Source: Candidatus Eiseniibacteriota bacterium (GTDB lineage Bacteria; Eisenbacteria; RBG-16-71-46). From it: a stretch of 64,000 nt of DNA. The notes under the pieces were generated by a model. It was not told the origin of the DNA and made no database searches. It worked only from the letters and a program-made list of their open reading frames with translations. The DNA is taken from contig JBGAML010000012.1 of assembly GCA_044223005.1 (NCBI GenBank), forward strand, positions 1 to 64,000. The letters run 5' to 3'. Made by a program: the position numbers and the translations under genes. The first letter of the stretch is position 1. The number at the start of each line of letters is the position of its first letter. Shown one piece after another: positions 1 to 8,372 of this stretch.

Positions 1-301
1 GGATTGACACGACCAGCTCCTGCCGAGCCTGAGCATCGCCATCGAGCACGTCGCCAAAGATCTCCCACTGGGCAAGCAGCTCCCCCAGAAGCTCGCCGCT
101 CTCATAGCTGCTCGCGATGCTGTGACTATCAACGAATCCTTCGAATGTCTCAGTCAGCGTCCCGAGCGGAACTGTCTTTGCGCGCTCGGCGCCACACCAC
201 GGGCAATCGCCCTCCTCGCCCGCCTCTTGAATCAGTTGGACGAGGACCGGGTCTCGGAAGCACTTCTCACAACACCGCGGCTTGGTGGAGCGAGGGCTCA
301 T
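1..301 (-). CDS. Partial CDS running off the left edge; N-terminus resembles RES-domain proteins (Cys-rich N-terminal domain)
   Basis: Not in the ORF track. My translation from ATG 301: MSPRSTKPRCCEKCFRDPVLVQLIQEAGEEGDCPWCGAERAKTVPL..., open to the edge. The CxxCF.D..L...I...G..G.CxxC pattern is typical of RES-protein N-termini; the RES domain itself is outside the window. Confidence 0.55.
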   Translation of the reverse strand, partial: MSPRSTKPRCCEKCFRDPVLVQLIQEAGEEGDCPWCGAERAKTVPLGTLTETFEGFVDSHSIASSYESGELLGELLAQWEIFGDVLDGDAQARQELVVSI

Positions 302-418
302 GAGTTGACCAGGCTAGGTTTGGGGGAAGGGCGCGACTTGTTACCGCAGGTAGGCGAATTCGCGACGCATCCGTCACTTAGGCGACGAATGGCGAGCTAT
401 CTCGCAACGGCGCGAAAC

Positions 419-1192
419 CTAGCCTCGTTCAAGCGCACGGCGCAAGCGTGCCGCCTCCGCGTCGAGGTTCGCTTTCTGCAGCGCGTAAATCGCGTCCCAC
501 ACGAGACGCTCCATGTCCTTGATCCTGCCTTCACGCTCCGCGATTGCAGGATCGTGGCCAGTCCATTGGCGAATCAACGCCCACGCCGCTCGGTACTCGT
601 TTAGTAGCCCGATGACGTGGTCCTCGCCTGGGCGACTGGCTTCCAGCGACCACTTGCGCTCCGTAGCCTCGATGTCGGCCAGGATTCCCGCAGGCTCCGC
701 TGCGCAGAATGCCCGCGCAACTTCGAGCGCTTCGTCGAACGGAAGCCGCAGTACCCCGTCCCGGTCGACGTACGACACGGACGATGCTTTCTCTGGGTCC
801 ATTCGCGCGCGGACCTTGACTCTGGCGATCGCTTCGGGCGGCCCGCTCACTACCCCTCGGTAGAAGCTCAGGTCATCACCCGCGTTCTCGAAGACCTCCG
901 TCAACGCGTGGTCCATGACGGATGCGGGAACGTACCCTTGCTGCTTGTTGTGGGCCTTGAGTCGTTCGGCCGATTCTTCCTCGCGCAGGAACGCCTTGAG
1001 GTCCTTCCAGGCGCAAATCAGGTGGCCGGATTCGACGAAGTGAGTCAGGCCGGGGTTTGGGTCAACCCACTCGGCCTTCCAGCGATTACCCCGCACGTGT
1101 TCGAGGATTCGAACGCGCTGGATGGGGGACTCGGCGCTGCGCTTCTCCCGAAGGGCGTACTCGACGCCTGGTTTGACCTGAGCCTTCCACAT
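419..1192 (-). CDS. Hypothetical protein (257 aa), predicted helical C-terminus
   Basis: ATG start, protein-like composition, co-oriented with neighbours; no recognised family. Confidence 0.7.
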   Translation of the reverse strand: MWKAQVKPGVEYALREKRSAESPIQRVRILEHVRGNRWKAEWVDPNPGLTHFVESGHLICAWKDLKAFLREEESAERLKAHNKQQGYVPASVMDHALTEVFENAGDDLSFYRGVVSGPPEAIARVKVRARMDPEKASSVSYVDRDGVLRLPFDEALEVARAFCAAEPAGILADIEATERKWSLEASRPGEDHVIGLLNEYRAAWALIRQWTGHDPAIAEREGRIKDMERLVWDAIYALQKANLDAEAARLRRALERG

Positions 1193-1349
1193 GCGGCGAC
1201 ACCGCCTCGCGAGATCCAGACCTTCGCCCGAGGGGCGACCGAGGCGGGCGTGGCACCCCCGTCGTTAGGCGGCGGTGCTCCGGGGGAAAGCGGCCGCGCT
1301 CGATCGTCCCGAGGCTTCGAACACTCGGGGCCACCGACTCTCCCCGGGT

Positions 1350-1380
1350 GTGACCACTCTGTGACCGCAACCGTGACTCA
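1350..1380. repeat. Three GTGAC direct repeats (11-12 bp period), candidate integrase arm sites of element A
   Basis: GTGACCAC/GTGACCGC/GTGACTCA at 1350, 1361 and 1373, ~150 bp left of the att core, the same position as repeats at the other junctions. Confidence 0.5.
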
Positions 1381-1521
1381 ACCAGTCCGCGCCTGTCCAC
1401 TCGTGTCACACTTCGAAGCTGCGACTGACGGGCCGGAACAGGCGGGTGCTGCGCAGAATACGTTGGCGGACGGTGGTTTCGGCTCGCTAGCTCTGATTCG
1501 GTCTTGAGGGGCGGCGACGAC

Positions 1522-1560
1522 TTTCGAGACCGCCCGATTCAGCCGCTCTCGCACCTCTCC
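1522..1560 (-). repeat. att junction 1: 5' half of tRNA-Ser(CGA), 39 bp
   Basis: Reverse complement GGAGAGG-TG-CGAGAGCGGCTGAATCG-G-GCGGT-CTCGAAA = acceptor 5' strand, D arm, anticodon 5' stem and loop with CGA; identical to 16007-16045; no 3' half follows. Confidence 0.9.
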
Positions 1561-1567
1561 GCCGGTG

Positions 1568-1597
1568 TGTTTACACGAACTTACGGCGGAATTGCAA
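1568..1597 (-). promoter_or_regulatory. Putative sigma70 promoter in front of the tRNA 5' half
   Basis: Minus strand TTGCAA-18 bp-TAAACA, a few bp before tRNA G1; same layout at 16053-16081. Confidence 0.5.
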
Positions 1598-1613
1598 GTC
1601 GGCGAACGGGCGC

Positions 1614-1635
1614 TGGCTACAGATCCGGCTACAGA
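1614..1635. repeat. Direct repeats (T/C)GGCTACAGA x2, candidate arm-type integrase sites, left end of element B
   Basis: tggctacaga-tc-cggctacaga; same motif at 5706-5727 and a variant at 16099-16131. Confidence 0.7.
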
Positions 1636-2048
1636 TTGGGGGCCGAAGGTGCCTCCTCGGCGTCTCGATCGGGCGAATCTCCGAGTTCCGTCAACTCAAC
1701 CATGATGCTCTTGCCCTTCACTAGGGCTTCGACGGCTTCCAGGCCCTTCACGATGAACTCCTCGAACAAGACCTCGTCGCCGTGGCTGAGTTCCCCTTCC
1801 CTGACCTCGTGAAAGACTTCCGAAACCGATCTGACGCCCGCGAACACCCAATGAGCTGGTCGGCGGCCCCACGTCATCGATCCATCATCATCACTCTCGT
1901 CGCGCTTGCCTCGCTCCTTCGCGAGCGCAAGCGCCGACTCGAAGTCCGGTGCGTGGATCAGACATGTGTTCTCCCAAACGGGAGTTTCTCGCTGATCTCC
2001 GTCCCTGAAGCGGACGTACATGATCAGTTGCGCCCCGTACCAACGCAT
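1629..2048 (-). CDS. DUF4288-like protein (139 aa)
   Basis: N-terminal WY, WEN..LI.A.....A...A...G and W.FAGV..V patterns resemble DUF4288. Confidence 0.65.
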   Translation of the reverse strand: MRWYGAQLIMYVRFRDGDQRETPVWENTCLIHAPDFESALALAKERGKRDESDDDGSMTWGRRPAHWVFAGVRSVSEVFHEVREGELSHGDEVLFEEFIVKGLEAVEALVKGKSIMVELTELGDSPDRDAEEAPSAPNL

Positions 2049-2064
2049 CGTGCCCCCAAGGTCT

Positions 2065-3048
2065 CTAGACCACCATCTCCAACCGCTCGACCTCCCGCCG
2101 CACCATGTCGTCGCTGATCTTCGCGTACCGCTGCGTGGTCACGATGGACGAATGGCCGAGCATCTGTTGCAGCGCCGCCAGGCTTCCGCCTCGTTCCAGC
2201 CACCGGCACGCGAACGTGTGACGGAGCCGGTGCGCGTGAAAGTCCGTGACGCCCGAATACCGCCGCACCATCTTCGCGAAGCCCCACGGGTTGATCAGCG
2301 GCATGAACTTGCCCACTCGACCGCGCAGCTCCCGCCACAACGCCTGCGTGAGCGGCACCCTGCGGACCTTCCACGACTTGGTGTGGTGCACAACGAGGAT
2401 GCCCAGCGGCGCACCGCTCTCCGTGCGCGAAAGCTCCAAATCGCTGCTGCTCGCCCGAGCCAACTCGCCCCAGCGAAGTCCGGTTCCCAGCGCCAGACGC
2501 ACGATGAACGCATACGGCTCCGGCACCGCCAGCACGGCCTCCACCTCGGCATCGGTCAGACGATCCGGCGGACGCTCCTGGAGTCGCGGCAGAAGCCTGT
2601 TCGGGATCGGCGCGCGATCGATCCAGCCCGTGTCCTCGCACCAGCGGAAGAAGCACTTCGCATCGGCGAGAATGTGCCGGACCGTCGCCGGAGCCTTGCC
2701 CTGCCTCTCCAGCCACAACCGAAACGCTCGCAGGTCGTCCTTCTCGACCTTCGAGAGCAGCCTGTAGCCCATGAACGCCGCGACGTAGTCCCGCACACGC
2801 TGAGCCGCCATCCGCTGCTGTTTGGCGGATCGGGTGGTCGCCACGTACATCTGCAACCACTTCTCCGCAGCATCGCGGACATTGAGGCGAACCACCGGAA
2901 CCTCACCCTTGGTCGCTTCGCGAAGCTTGCGACACGCTTCGTCGAAGTCCGTTCCGAGCGAGATCCAGCGGTCTTTCCCGTGCACCCAGCGCCGCGTGTA
3001 GTACCCGCGACCCTTTCGTTTGAACATCCCTCGTGGAAGTTTGGCCAT
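2065..3048 (-). CDS. int: Tyrosine recombinase/integrase (327 aa)
   Basis: Catalytic motifs TGLRWGEL, HTK, HRLRH, LGH, TQRY; ATG 3048 overlaps the xis stop (TGATG). Confidence 0.95.
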   Translation of the reverse strand: MAKLPRGMFKRKGRGYYTRRWVHGKDRWISLGTDFDEACRKLREATKGEVPVVRLNVRDAAEKWLQMYVATTRSAKQQRMAAQRVRDYVAAFMGYRLLSKVEKDDLRAFRLWLERQGKAPATVRHILADAKCFFRWCEDTGWIDRAPIPNRLLPRLQERPPDRLTDAEVEAVLAVPEPYAFIVRLALGTGLRWGELARASSSDLELSRTESGAPLGILVVHHTKSWKVRRVPLTQALWRELRGRVGKFMPLINPWGFAKMVRRYSGVTDFHAHRLRHTFACRWLERGGSLAALQQMLGHSSIVTTQRYAKISDDMVRREVERLEMVV

Positions 3049-3395
3049 CACTTCTCCTGATGAGCCAGCCACGCAAGGACGTCGCCACGGCGGAATCGTA
3101 GGTTCCGCCCCAGGTGCACGCAAGGGAGCCCCCGCGTGCGCACCCATGCCTCCACGGTCTTGTGGTGTTGCACGCCCACCAAGGGCGCCACTTCCTTGGA
3201 CGTCAGCAGATCGTCCTTGCCCATCTCCTTCGTCAGCTCTCGGATGCGCGATGTGAGCGACTGCAGTTCCCTCGCGGCCGCGTCGATCCGGGCACTCACC
3301 GCCTTCGCATGCTCGAAGGCCTCCAACACGTCCTGCTCCGTCAGCTCGCCGCTCTCCTGGAGCTTCCGTTCCAGCTCCTCAAGCTCTCGCTTCAT
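3048..3395 (-). CDS. Excisionase-like HTH protein with N-terminal coiled coil (115 aa)
   Basis: C-terminal LLTSKEVAPLVGV..KTVEAW...GLP...LGRNLRFRRGDVLAWL is an Xis/HTH_17 pattern; GGAGGT RBS before ATG 3395. Confidence 0.85.
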   Translation of the reverse strand: MKRELEELERKLQESGELTEQDVLEAFEHAKAVSARIDAAARELQSLTSRIRELTKEMGKDDLLTSKEVAPLVGVQHHKTVEAWVRTRGLPCVHLGRNLRFRRGDVLAWLAHQEK

Positions 3396-4320
3396 CCGCC
3401 ACCTCCTCGACCACCTCCACTCTGGGAAGCCCATAGGGATCGAACGTCGGGGTCTCGCCGTAGAACGCCTTCAGTACCGCCACCATCGCCGCCAGACGCG
3501 CCGACAGGGCGCCCCCGTAGTCCAGGAACGCCCCGCCACGATACGGCCGCCGAGTGCACCGCGAGATGTATCGCCGCAGGATGCGCACGATCGTGAGCTC
3601 GGGCCCGCGCTGGATGCCCTCGGCGCGATCCAGCCACACCACTTCGGCGACCGTCGCCAGGCGCAGCGATATCGAGCGGCCCCACCAGCGGCCTGCTCCC
3701 TCCACACCCACCGGAAGCTGCTTCTGGCGTTCCTTCCCGAGATAACGCGCCACGTACGAGAGCGCTCCGCCCTGGCTACGCACCTCGTCCACCTTCACGC
3801 CGTGACGCAGGACGGCCTCGTCCTCGAGCTGGCCCGTCGCCCTGCACCACGCCACGGTGGCGCGCTCCTGGGTGATGACCCGCTCGCACAACACGTGGTA
3901 ATGGACGACGCCGCGAGTCTGGAACTCTCGGACCCACAGGTAGTGGCCCAACTCGCCGTGCAAGCAGCGCAGGAACCGATGCCGGTCTGCCTGGGACCGC
4001 CGGATGACCCGGCGATTGCGCTCCGCGTCGGACTCCCACGCATCCGTCCGCGCCCGATAGGTCAGGGTGAGCAAGCTGGTAAACGTCGAATCCGCGTTCG
4101 CCGCCACGAACGCCAGCCGCCTCGCGCTCGCCTCGCTCCAACCACCAACCTTGCCCCTAGCACCGCCCGGCCGTAGCGCGTACTCGGGACCCCACTCGGA
4201 AGGCCTCGACCGCTTGAACCTCAGCCGCCCGTCGCTTCGCAACTGAACGCCGTTCCGCAGGATCGTGATGCCGTACGTCCCCCGTCGCTTCACCGGGACC
4301 ATCTCCGCCCACTGCCCCAT
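3379..4320 (-). CDS. HUH-endonuclease rolling-circle replication initiator
   Basis: Motif I LLTLTY, motif II EFQTRGVVHYHVL, motif III YVARYLGK (two Tyr); GGAGG RBS before ATG 4320. Confidence 0.85.
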   Translation of the reverse strand: MGQWAEMVPVKRRGTYGITILRNGVQLRSDGRLRFKRSRPSEWGPEYALRPGGARGKVGGWSEASARRLAFVAANADSTFTSLLTLTYRARTDAWESDAERNRRVIRRSQADRHRFLRCLHGELGHYLWVREFQTRGVVHYHVLCERVITQERATVAWCRATGQLEDEAVLRHGVKVDEVRSQGGALSYVARYLGKERQKQLPVGVEGAGRWWGRSISLRLATVAEVVWLDRAEGIQRGPELTIVRILRRYISRCTRRPYRGGAFLDYGGALSARLAAMVAVLKAFYGETPTFDPYGLPRVEVVEEVADEARA

Positions 4321-4476
4321 GCCGCCTCCCATCCACACGCCACGCCGCGCCCCATGCGCGACCCGACGGCAGGTTGGCAGCCCTCCACTACCACCAACAA
4401 GCTCGATCTCGTGCGACTCCTACCGACTCCCAGCCACTCCTTCGGTTTCAGTTATGCGTACTAGAGCCAAGGGGGA

Positions 4477-4974
4477 TCAACTCTCCAACCCTGCAATGCT
4501 GTACCCGGCCGCCTCCAACCTCCGCAGGAGCAGTGACGCGAAGCACAAGTGATCTAGACAGGTGTCAACGTCGTCCTTCAGGGCATGCTCGTGTCCGCGA
4601 GGATTGCGCAGCGCAGCCATCGCACCTGCAAACAGCAACTTGAACCCTTCTTGCTCGTCCTTCTCGCTCTGCGTCTTCATCGCTGTCAACTGGATCGCTG
4701 GAGCCGTGCCCCCAAATACCGACATCATTAGTCCCACACCGTTCTTGTCAGCGACCTTCGCAATTCGCTGAACTTCGTTGTTCACGAACTTGAGGGCCTC
4801 GAAGCTCGCTTGCGCATAGTACGCATCATCGAATAGGGCTCTAGTCAACTCTATCAGCCTCGGATGCACGTTGCGCCCTTCGAGTGGATGCTCCCGCGCT
4901 TCTGCTCGCGAACTCTCGTCCACCCGATGCGCGGTTCGGGCCGCGCGTTCAATTGCATTGAGCTCACTTCGCAT
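4477..4974 (-). CDS. TIGR02391/Ymh family protein with R-X4-H motif (165 aa)
   Basis: LFDDAYYAQASFEA.K, G..LM..VF and EQEGFKLLFAGAMAALRNPRGH match the family signature; start overlaps the upstream gene's stop. Confidence 0.85.
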   Translation of the reverse strand: MRSELNAIERAARTAHRVDESSRAEAREHPLEGRNVHPRLIELTRALFDDAYYAQASFEALKFVNNEVQRIAKVADKNGVGLMMSVFGGTAPAIQLTAMKTQSEKDEQEGFKLLFAGAMAALRNPRGHEHALKDDVDTCLDHLCFASLLLRRLEAAGYSIAGLES

Positions 4975-5647
4975 CGATCAGATTTGCGCGCAGGCTCTTG
5001 AAGATCTTGTCGTACACATCCTGATCGTCCGTGACGGGCAAGTTGATTTCCACGCGGACTGTTACGCCACCGAAGCTCATGCCCTTGCTCTCCGGCCCGC
5101 CTGTGCCGAACGCAGCACCCTTCGACGAGCCTGGCTTTCGCGCGGCGACAGCCCTAGCGGCCCCGTCCTTCTTCCCATCACTCTGGCGCGTCGGCTTCCT
5201 GACGCCAGACTGTGGCTCAGGCACCTCGCCATGCCCCGCCAATCCCGCCAAGACCAAGTATGTGCTCGCCTGCCGCTGGCCCACCACAGAACTCGATTCG
5301 TCAGCAGTTCGGAAGAACCCAATCAGCTTGTCGCGATCGATGCTCCACGGGGCGGTCCCAAAGTGCTCGTAGAGGCTTGCATACGCCGAAGTAAGCAACC
5401 CATCGAGCTTCTTCTGGAACGTCTTCTCGTCGTGCTCAAGAAATGCTTTTGCCGTATCCGCCTTCTTCTTGCCCTCATCATCGATCACGCCTAGGAACTT
5501 CAGGATGTTGATGATGTAACTCTCGTTGTTTGGCGCGATGCTCCAGCGCCGCAACGTCTCTGCCGTCACCTGAGCTGGAAAGGCTGAGCGAAGCTGCCTG
5601 ATGGTACTCACGAGCCCGCTTGACGTCGCTGTGTACGGGAATGGCAT
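4964..5647 (-). CDS. DUF5343-like protein (227 aa)
   Basis: PY...G.......LR...P..VT...L......NNE...IN.LKFLG.ID..G N-terminus; C-terminal VRVEINLP....VYD.IF.SLR; GGAG RBS. Confidence 0.75.
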   Translation of the reverse strand: MPFPYTATSSGLVSTIRQLRSAFPAQVTAETLRRWSIAPNNESYIINILKFLGVIDDEGKKKADTAKAFLEHDEKTFQKKLDGLLTSAYASLYEHFGTAPWSIDRDKLIGFFRTADESSSVVGQRQASTYLVLAGLAGHGEVPEPQSGVRKPTRQSDGKKDGAARAVAARKPGSSKGAAFGTGGPESKGMSFGGVTVRVEINLPVTDDQDVYDKIFKSLRANLIDAK

Positions 5648-5705
5648 CGTCTCTCCTACGAGTCGGTTTATGAGCCTCCGTCTTGCACCGTGCACTCTTG
5701 ACTCA

Positions 5706-5727
5706 TGGCTACAGAACTGGCTACAGC
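5706..5727. repeat. TGGCTACAG x2, candidate arm-type sites, right end of element B
   Basis: tggctacaga-ac-tggctacagc, ~150 bp left of junction 2. Confidence 0.7.
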
Positions 5728-5778
5728 ATTCCCACTCCAACCCACCCCCGACACTTCCCAACCAGGACGATAGCACGA

Positions 5779-5808
5779 AGCCCGTGTGCCTTCGAAGGCC
5801 CACGGGCT
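5779..5808. terminator. Hairpin left of att junction 2
   Basis: AGCCCGTG.GCCTT-CG-AAGGC.CACGGGCT inverted repeat; no clear U tract. Confidence 0.4.
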
Positions 5809-5878
5809 CATGCACTTATGGCGTGGCGACGCCATTACTCGTAGCTGCTCGGAATTGTGTGTTTGTACTCTTTTTCAG

Positions 5879-5897
5879 TTTCGAGACCGCCTCTCGC
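5879..5897 (-). repeat. att junction 2: degenerate tRNA-Ser fragment
   Basis: TTTCGAGACCGC|CTCTCGC equals the 39-bp repeat lacking an internal 12 bp (CCGATTCAGCCG), then diverges. Confidence 0.75.
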
Positions 5898-6179
5898 TGT
5901 GGGCGGGCCAGTTGACCGCCCGACACAGTGTAGGGTCGCCTCAAGCCGCGGTCCGCGAGTGCTGGAATAGCCCGCGACGAGTCAATGGCTCTGGAGCACC
6001 GGAATCGGCCGGTTCTCGGAACCGACCGAGCGCCTGAAGCGCAACGGCTCGGAGCGCTCCGACAGGTTCATGTGCGCCTAAGCGGAACAACGCATTCCGC
6101 AGGAGGTGCTCACTTTCAATCTGCTACTGCTCAACTACGCCTTCACGCCGGAGCTGCGCGCGACGCCCCGGTTGGTCGC

Positions 6180-8363
6180 TCACGCCCCCGGCATCTGGTT
6201 CGCCGGCGCCGCCCGTAGCAGCCGGAGCGCATTAAAGATCACGAGGAGAGACGCACCCATGTCCGCTGCGATCGCGCTCCACAACGTGGCCCGGCCGGTG
6301 AAGGTGAGGACGACAAAGACGACCTTCACCAGCAGCGAGAACGTGATGTTCTGCAGCATGATCGAGATCGTGCGGCGGGAGTGGGCGACGAGCCATGGGA
6401 GCTTCGAGAGATCGTCGGACATCAGCGCCACGTCCGCGGTTTCGATGGCGGCGTCGCTCCCGGCGGCACCCATCGCGATCCCCAGGCTCGCCGTCGCCAT
6501 CGCGGGCGCGTCGTTGACGCCATCTCCGACCATGGCGACGGAGCCGTAGCGCTCGACCAGCTCGCGGACGGCCGACACCTTATCCTCGGGCAAGAGTTCG
6601 GCGCGCGCCTCGTCGAACCGGAACTCGCGGCTCACGGCCTCGGCGGTGCCGCGGTTGTCCCCGGTCAACAGCACCAGATGCCCGATTCCGAGCGCACGCA
6701 GCCGGTCCAGCACGGCCCGAGTCTCGGGGCGCGGGCGGTCGGCCAGGGCGATCACCCCGCACACGTGGCGTTCGTTGCCGACGACGACCACTGAGCTGCC
6801 GACGCCGGAGAGCCGTTCGATCACGGCGTGCACCTCGGGCGTCTCCTGGCCACGCTCCTCGAGGTAGCGGTGCGAGCCGACCCAGAACTCTCGCTCATCG
6901 ATTCGGCCGGTGGCGCCCTTGCCGGGAACCAGGACGATGCCGTCGGCGGCCGGCGAGACGACTCCCAGCTTGCCCGCGTGCGCGACGATGGCACGGGCCA
7001 GCGGATGCGATGATCTTCCTTCCAGCGCCAGGGCGCGCTCGATCAACTCCCGCTCCGTATGGCCGTCCAGCGGTTCGACCGAGGTAACCTGGAGCCGCCC
7101 CTCGGTGACCGTTCCGGTCTTGTCGAACGCGATCGCTTTGAGGCGCGAAGGGATCTCGAGGAAGAGCCCGCCCTTCACCAGCACCCCGGCGCGAGCCGCA
7201 GAGGCGAGCGCCGCGACGATGCTGACCGGGGTCGAGATCACGAGCGCGCAGGGGCAGGCGATCACCAGCAGGACGAGCGAGCGATAGAGCCACATGCTCC
7301 AGCCGCCCTGGGACAACAGCGGCGGAACCACCGCAAACACGAGCGCCAGCACCATGACCGCAGGCGTGTAACGGCGGGCGAAGCGGTCGACCCACTGCTC
7401 GGCTGCTCCCCGCTTCGATTGTGCGTCCCGAACCAGCCGGATGATCCTGGCGAGGGTCGTGTCGCCGGCTGCGCGTGTGCTGCGAACCTCCAGCGCACCG
7501 TCGCCGTTGATGGTCCCGGCGAACACGTCCGCTCCGGGCTCTTTGAGCACGGGCAGGCTCTCGCCGGTGATCGGGGCCTGGTTGATTGCACTGGTGCCTG
7601 TCACGACAGCGCCATCGAGAGGTAGCCGCTCCCCGGGATGAACGATGAAGATCGAGCCCACCGGCACGTCGTTGATGGGCGTGGCTCGATCGCCGGATGC
7701 CATCTTCACCCTTGCGGTCGGCGGGCTCAGGTCGAGCAGGGCCGCGACCGCCCGCCTCGCCCGGCCGATGCTCCAGGCTTCGAGCGCCAGCGAAAGGGCG
7801 AACAGGAAGGCAACGCTCGACGCTTCGAACCACTCACCGAGGGCGATCGCCCCGATGATGGCGACCGTCATCAGCAGGTTCATGTCCGGCCGCAGGCGAA
7901 TGGCCGAAATCCAGGCTTTGCGCGCGACGAATCTCAGGCCGGCGGCGATCCCGAGCAGGTAGAGCGCCATGGAAGCGAAAGGCACCGCGTGCTGGTGTCC
8001 GAGACCCTCTCGCCCGAACGCCTGGAGCACGCCGCCTGCCACCAGCGCGTGGATCGTGAACCCCGCCGCCGCGAGGAACCCGCTCAGGAATGTGAAGACA
8101 TTTCGCTCCCGGCGATCGTCGTGCATCTGCAACCCGCTCGTGGAGCCGGATTCCACCACGATTTCGGCACGCATCCCGGTGCGAGCCACGGCGGCGAGTA
8201 CAACGGTGGCGGCGGGCGGTGATGCGACGGTCATGATGCCGCCGAGGAGATCGAACGACAGTCGATCCTCACCGCCCACGGCGGGGCCCACCTCACGGCG
8301 GAGGGCCGCCACCTCCTCCGCGCAGTCGAGGCCATGGACCTTGATTCGCATTGCACCGTTCAC
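6180..8363 (-). CDS. cadA: Heavy-metal P1B-type ATPase (CadA/ZntA-like)
   Basis: N-terminal GLDCAEE, TGES, CPC, DKTGT, HP, GDGVND motifs. Confidence 0.93.
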   Translation of the reverse strand: MNGAMRIKVHGLDCAEEVAALRREVGPAVGGEDRLSFDLLGGIMTVASPPAATVVLAAVARTGMRAEIVVESGSTSGLQMHDDRRERNVFTFLSGFLAAAGFTIHALVAGGVLQAFGREGLGHQHAVPFASMALYLLGIAAGLRFVARKAWISAIRLRPDMNLLMTVAIIGAIALGEWFEASSVAFLFALSLALEAWSIGRARRAVAALLDLSPPTARVKMASGDRATPINDVPVGSIFIVHPGERLPLDGAVVTGTSAINQAPITGESLPVLKEPGADVFAGTINGDGALEVRSTRAAGDTTLARIIRLVRDAQSKRGAAEQWVDRFARRYTPAVMVLALVFAVVPPLLSQGGWSMWLYRSLVLLVIACPCALVISTPVSIVAALASAARAGVLVKGGLFLEIPSRLKAIAFDKTGTVTEGRLQVTSVEPLDGHTERELIERALALEGRSSHPLARAIVAHAGKLGVVSPAADGIVLVPGKGATGRIDEREFWVGSHRYLEERGQETPEVHAVIERLSGVGSSVVVVGNERHVCGVIALADRPRPETRAVLDRLRALGIGHLVLLTGDNRGTAEAVSREFRFDEARAELLPEDKVSAVRELVERYGSVAMVGDGVNDAPAMATASLGIAMGAAGSDAAIETADVALMSDDLSKLPWLVAHSRRTISIMLQNITFSLLVKVVFVVLTFTGRATLWSAIAADMGASLLVIFNALRLLRAAPANQMPGA

Positions 8364-8372
8364 GAACTGCTC

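Larger units (their letters stand above)
1..1521. mobile_element. Right end of integrative element A (partial)
   Basis: Bounded by the tRNA-Ser fragment at 1522; own GTGAC direct-repeat triplet at 1350-1380; accessory-type genes. Confidence 0.5.
1522..5891. mobile_element. Element B: ~4.4-kb integrative rolling-circle replicon (Rep-Xis-Int) with cargo
   Basis: Flanked by TTTCGAGACCGCC direct repeats (1522, 5879); GGCTACAG doublets inside both ends; coupled rep-xis-int genes. Confidence 0.85.

Noticed and set aside
4..604. Plus-strand ORFs 4-303 and 122-604
   Set aside because: They overlap better-supported minus-strand genes (RES-like partial and the 257-aa gene).
1522..1560. Functional tRNA-Ser gene (also at 16007-16045)
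   Set aside because: Only the 5' half up to the anticodon loop is present; no 3' anticodon stem, variable arm, T arm or acceptor 3' strand.
1350..1635. CRISPR array or iterons from the short direct repeats
   Set aside because: Only 2-3 units of 8-10 bp, no spacers and no cas genes; position fits integrase arm sites.
4321..4476. Double-strand origin for the RCR Rep
   Set aside because: Plausible location, but I could not identify a convincing nick-site hairpin or consensus.
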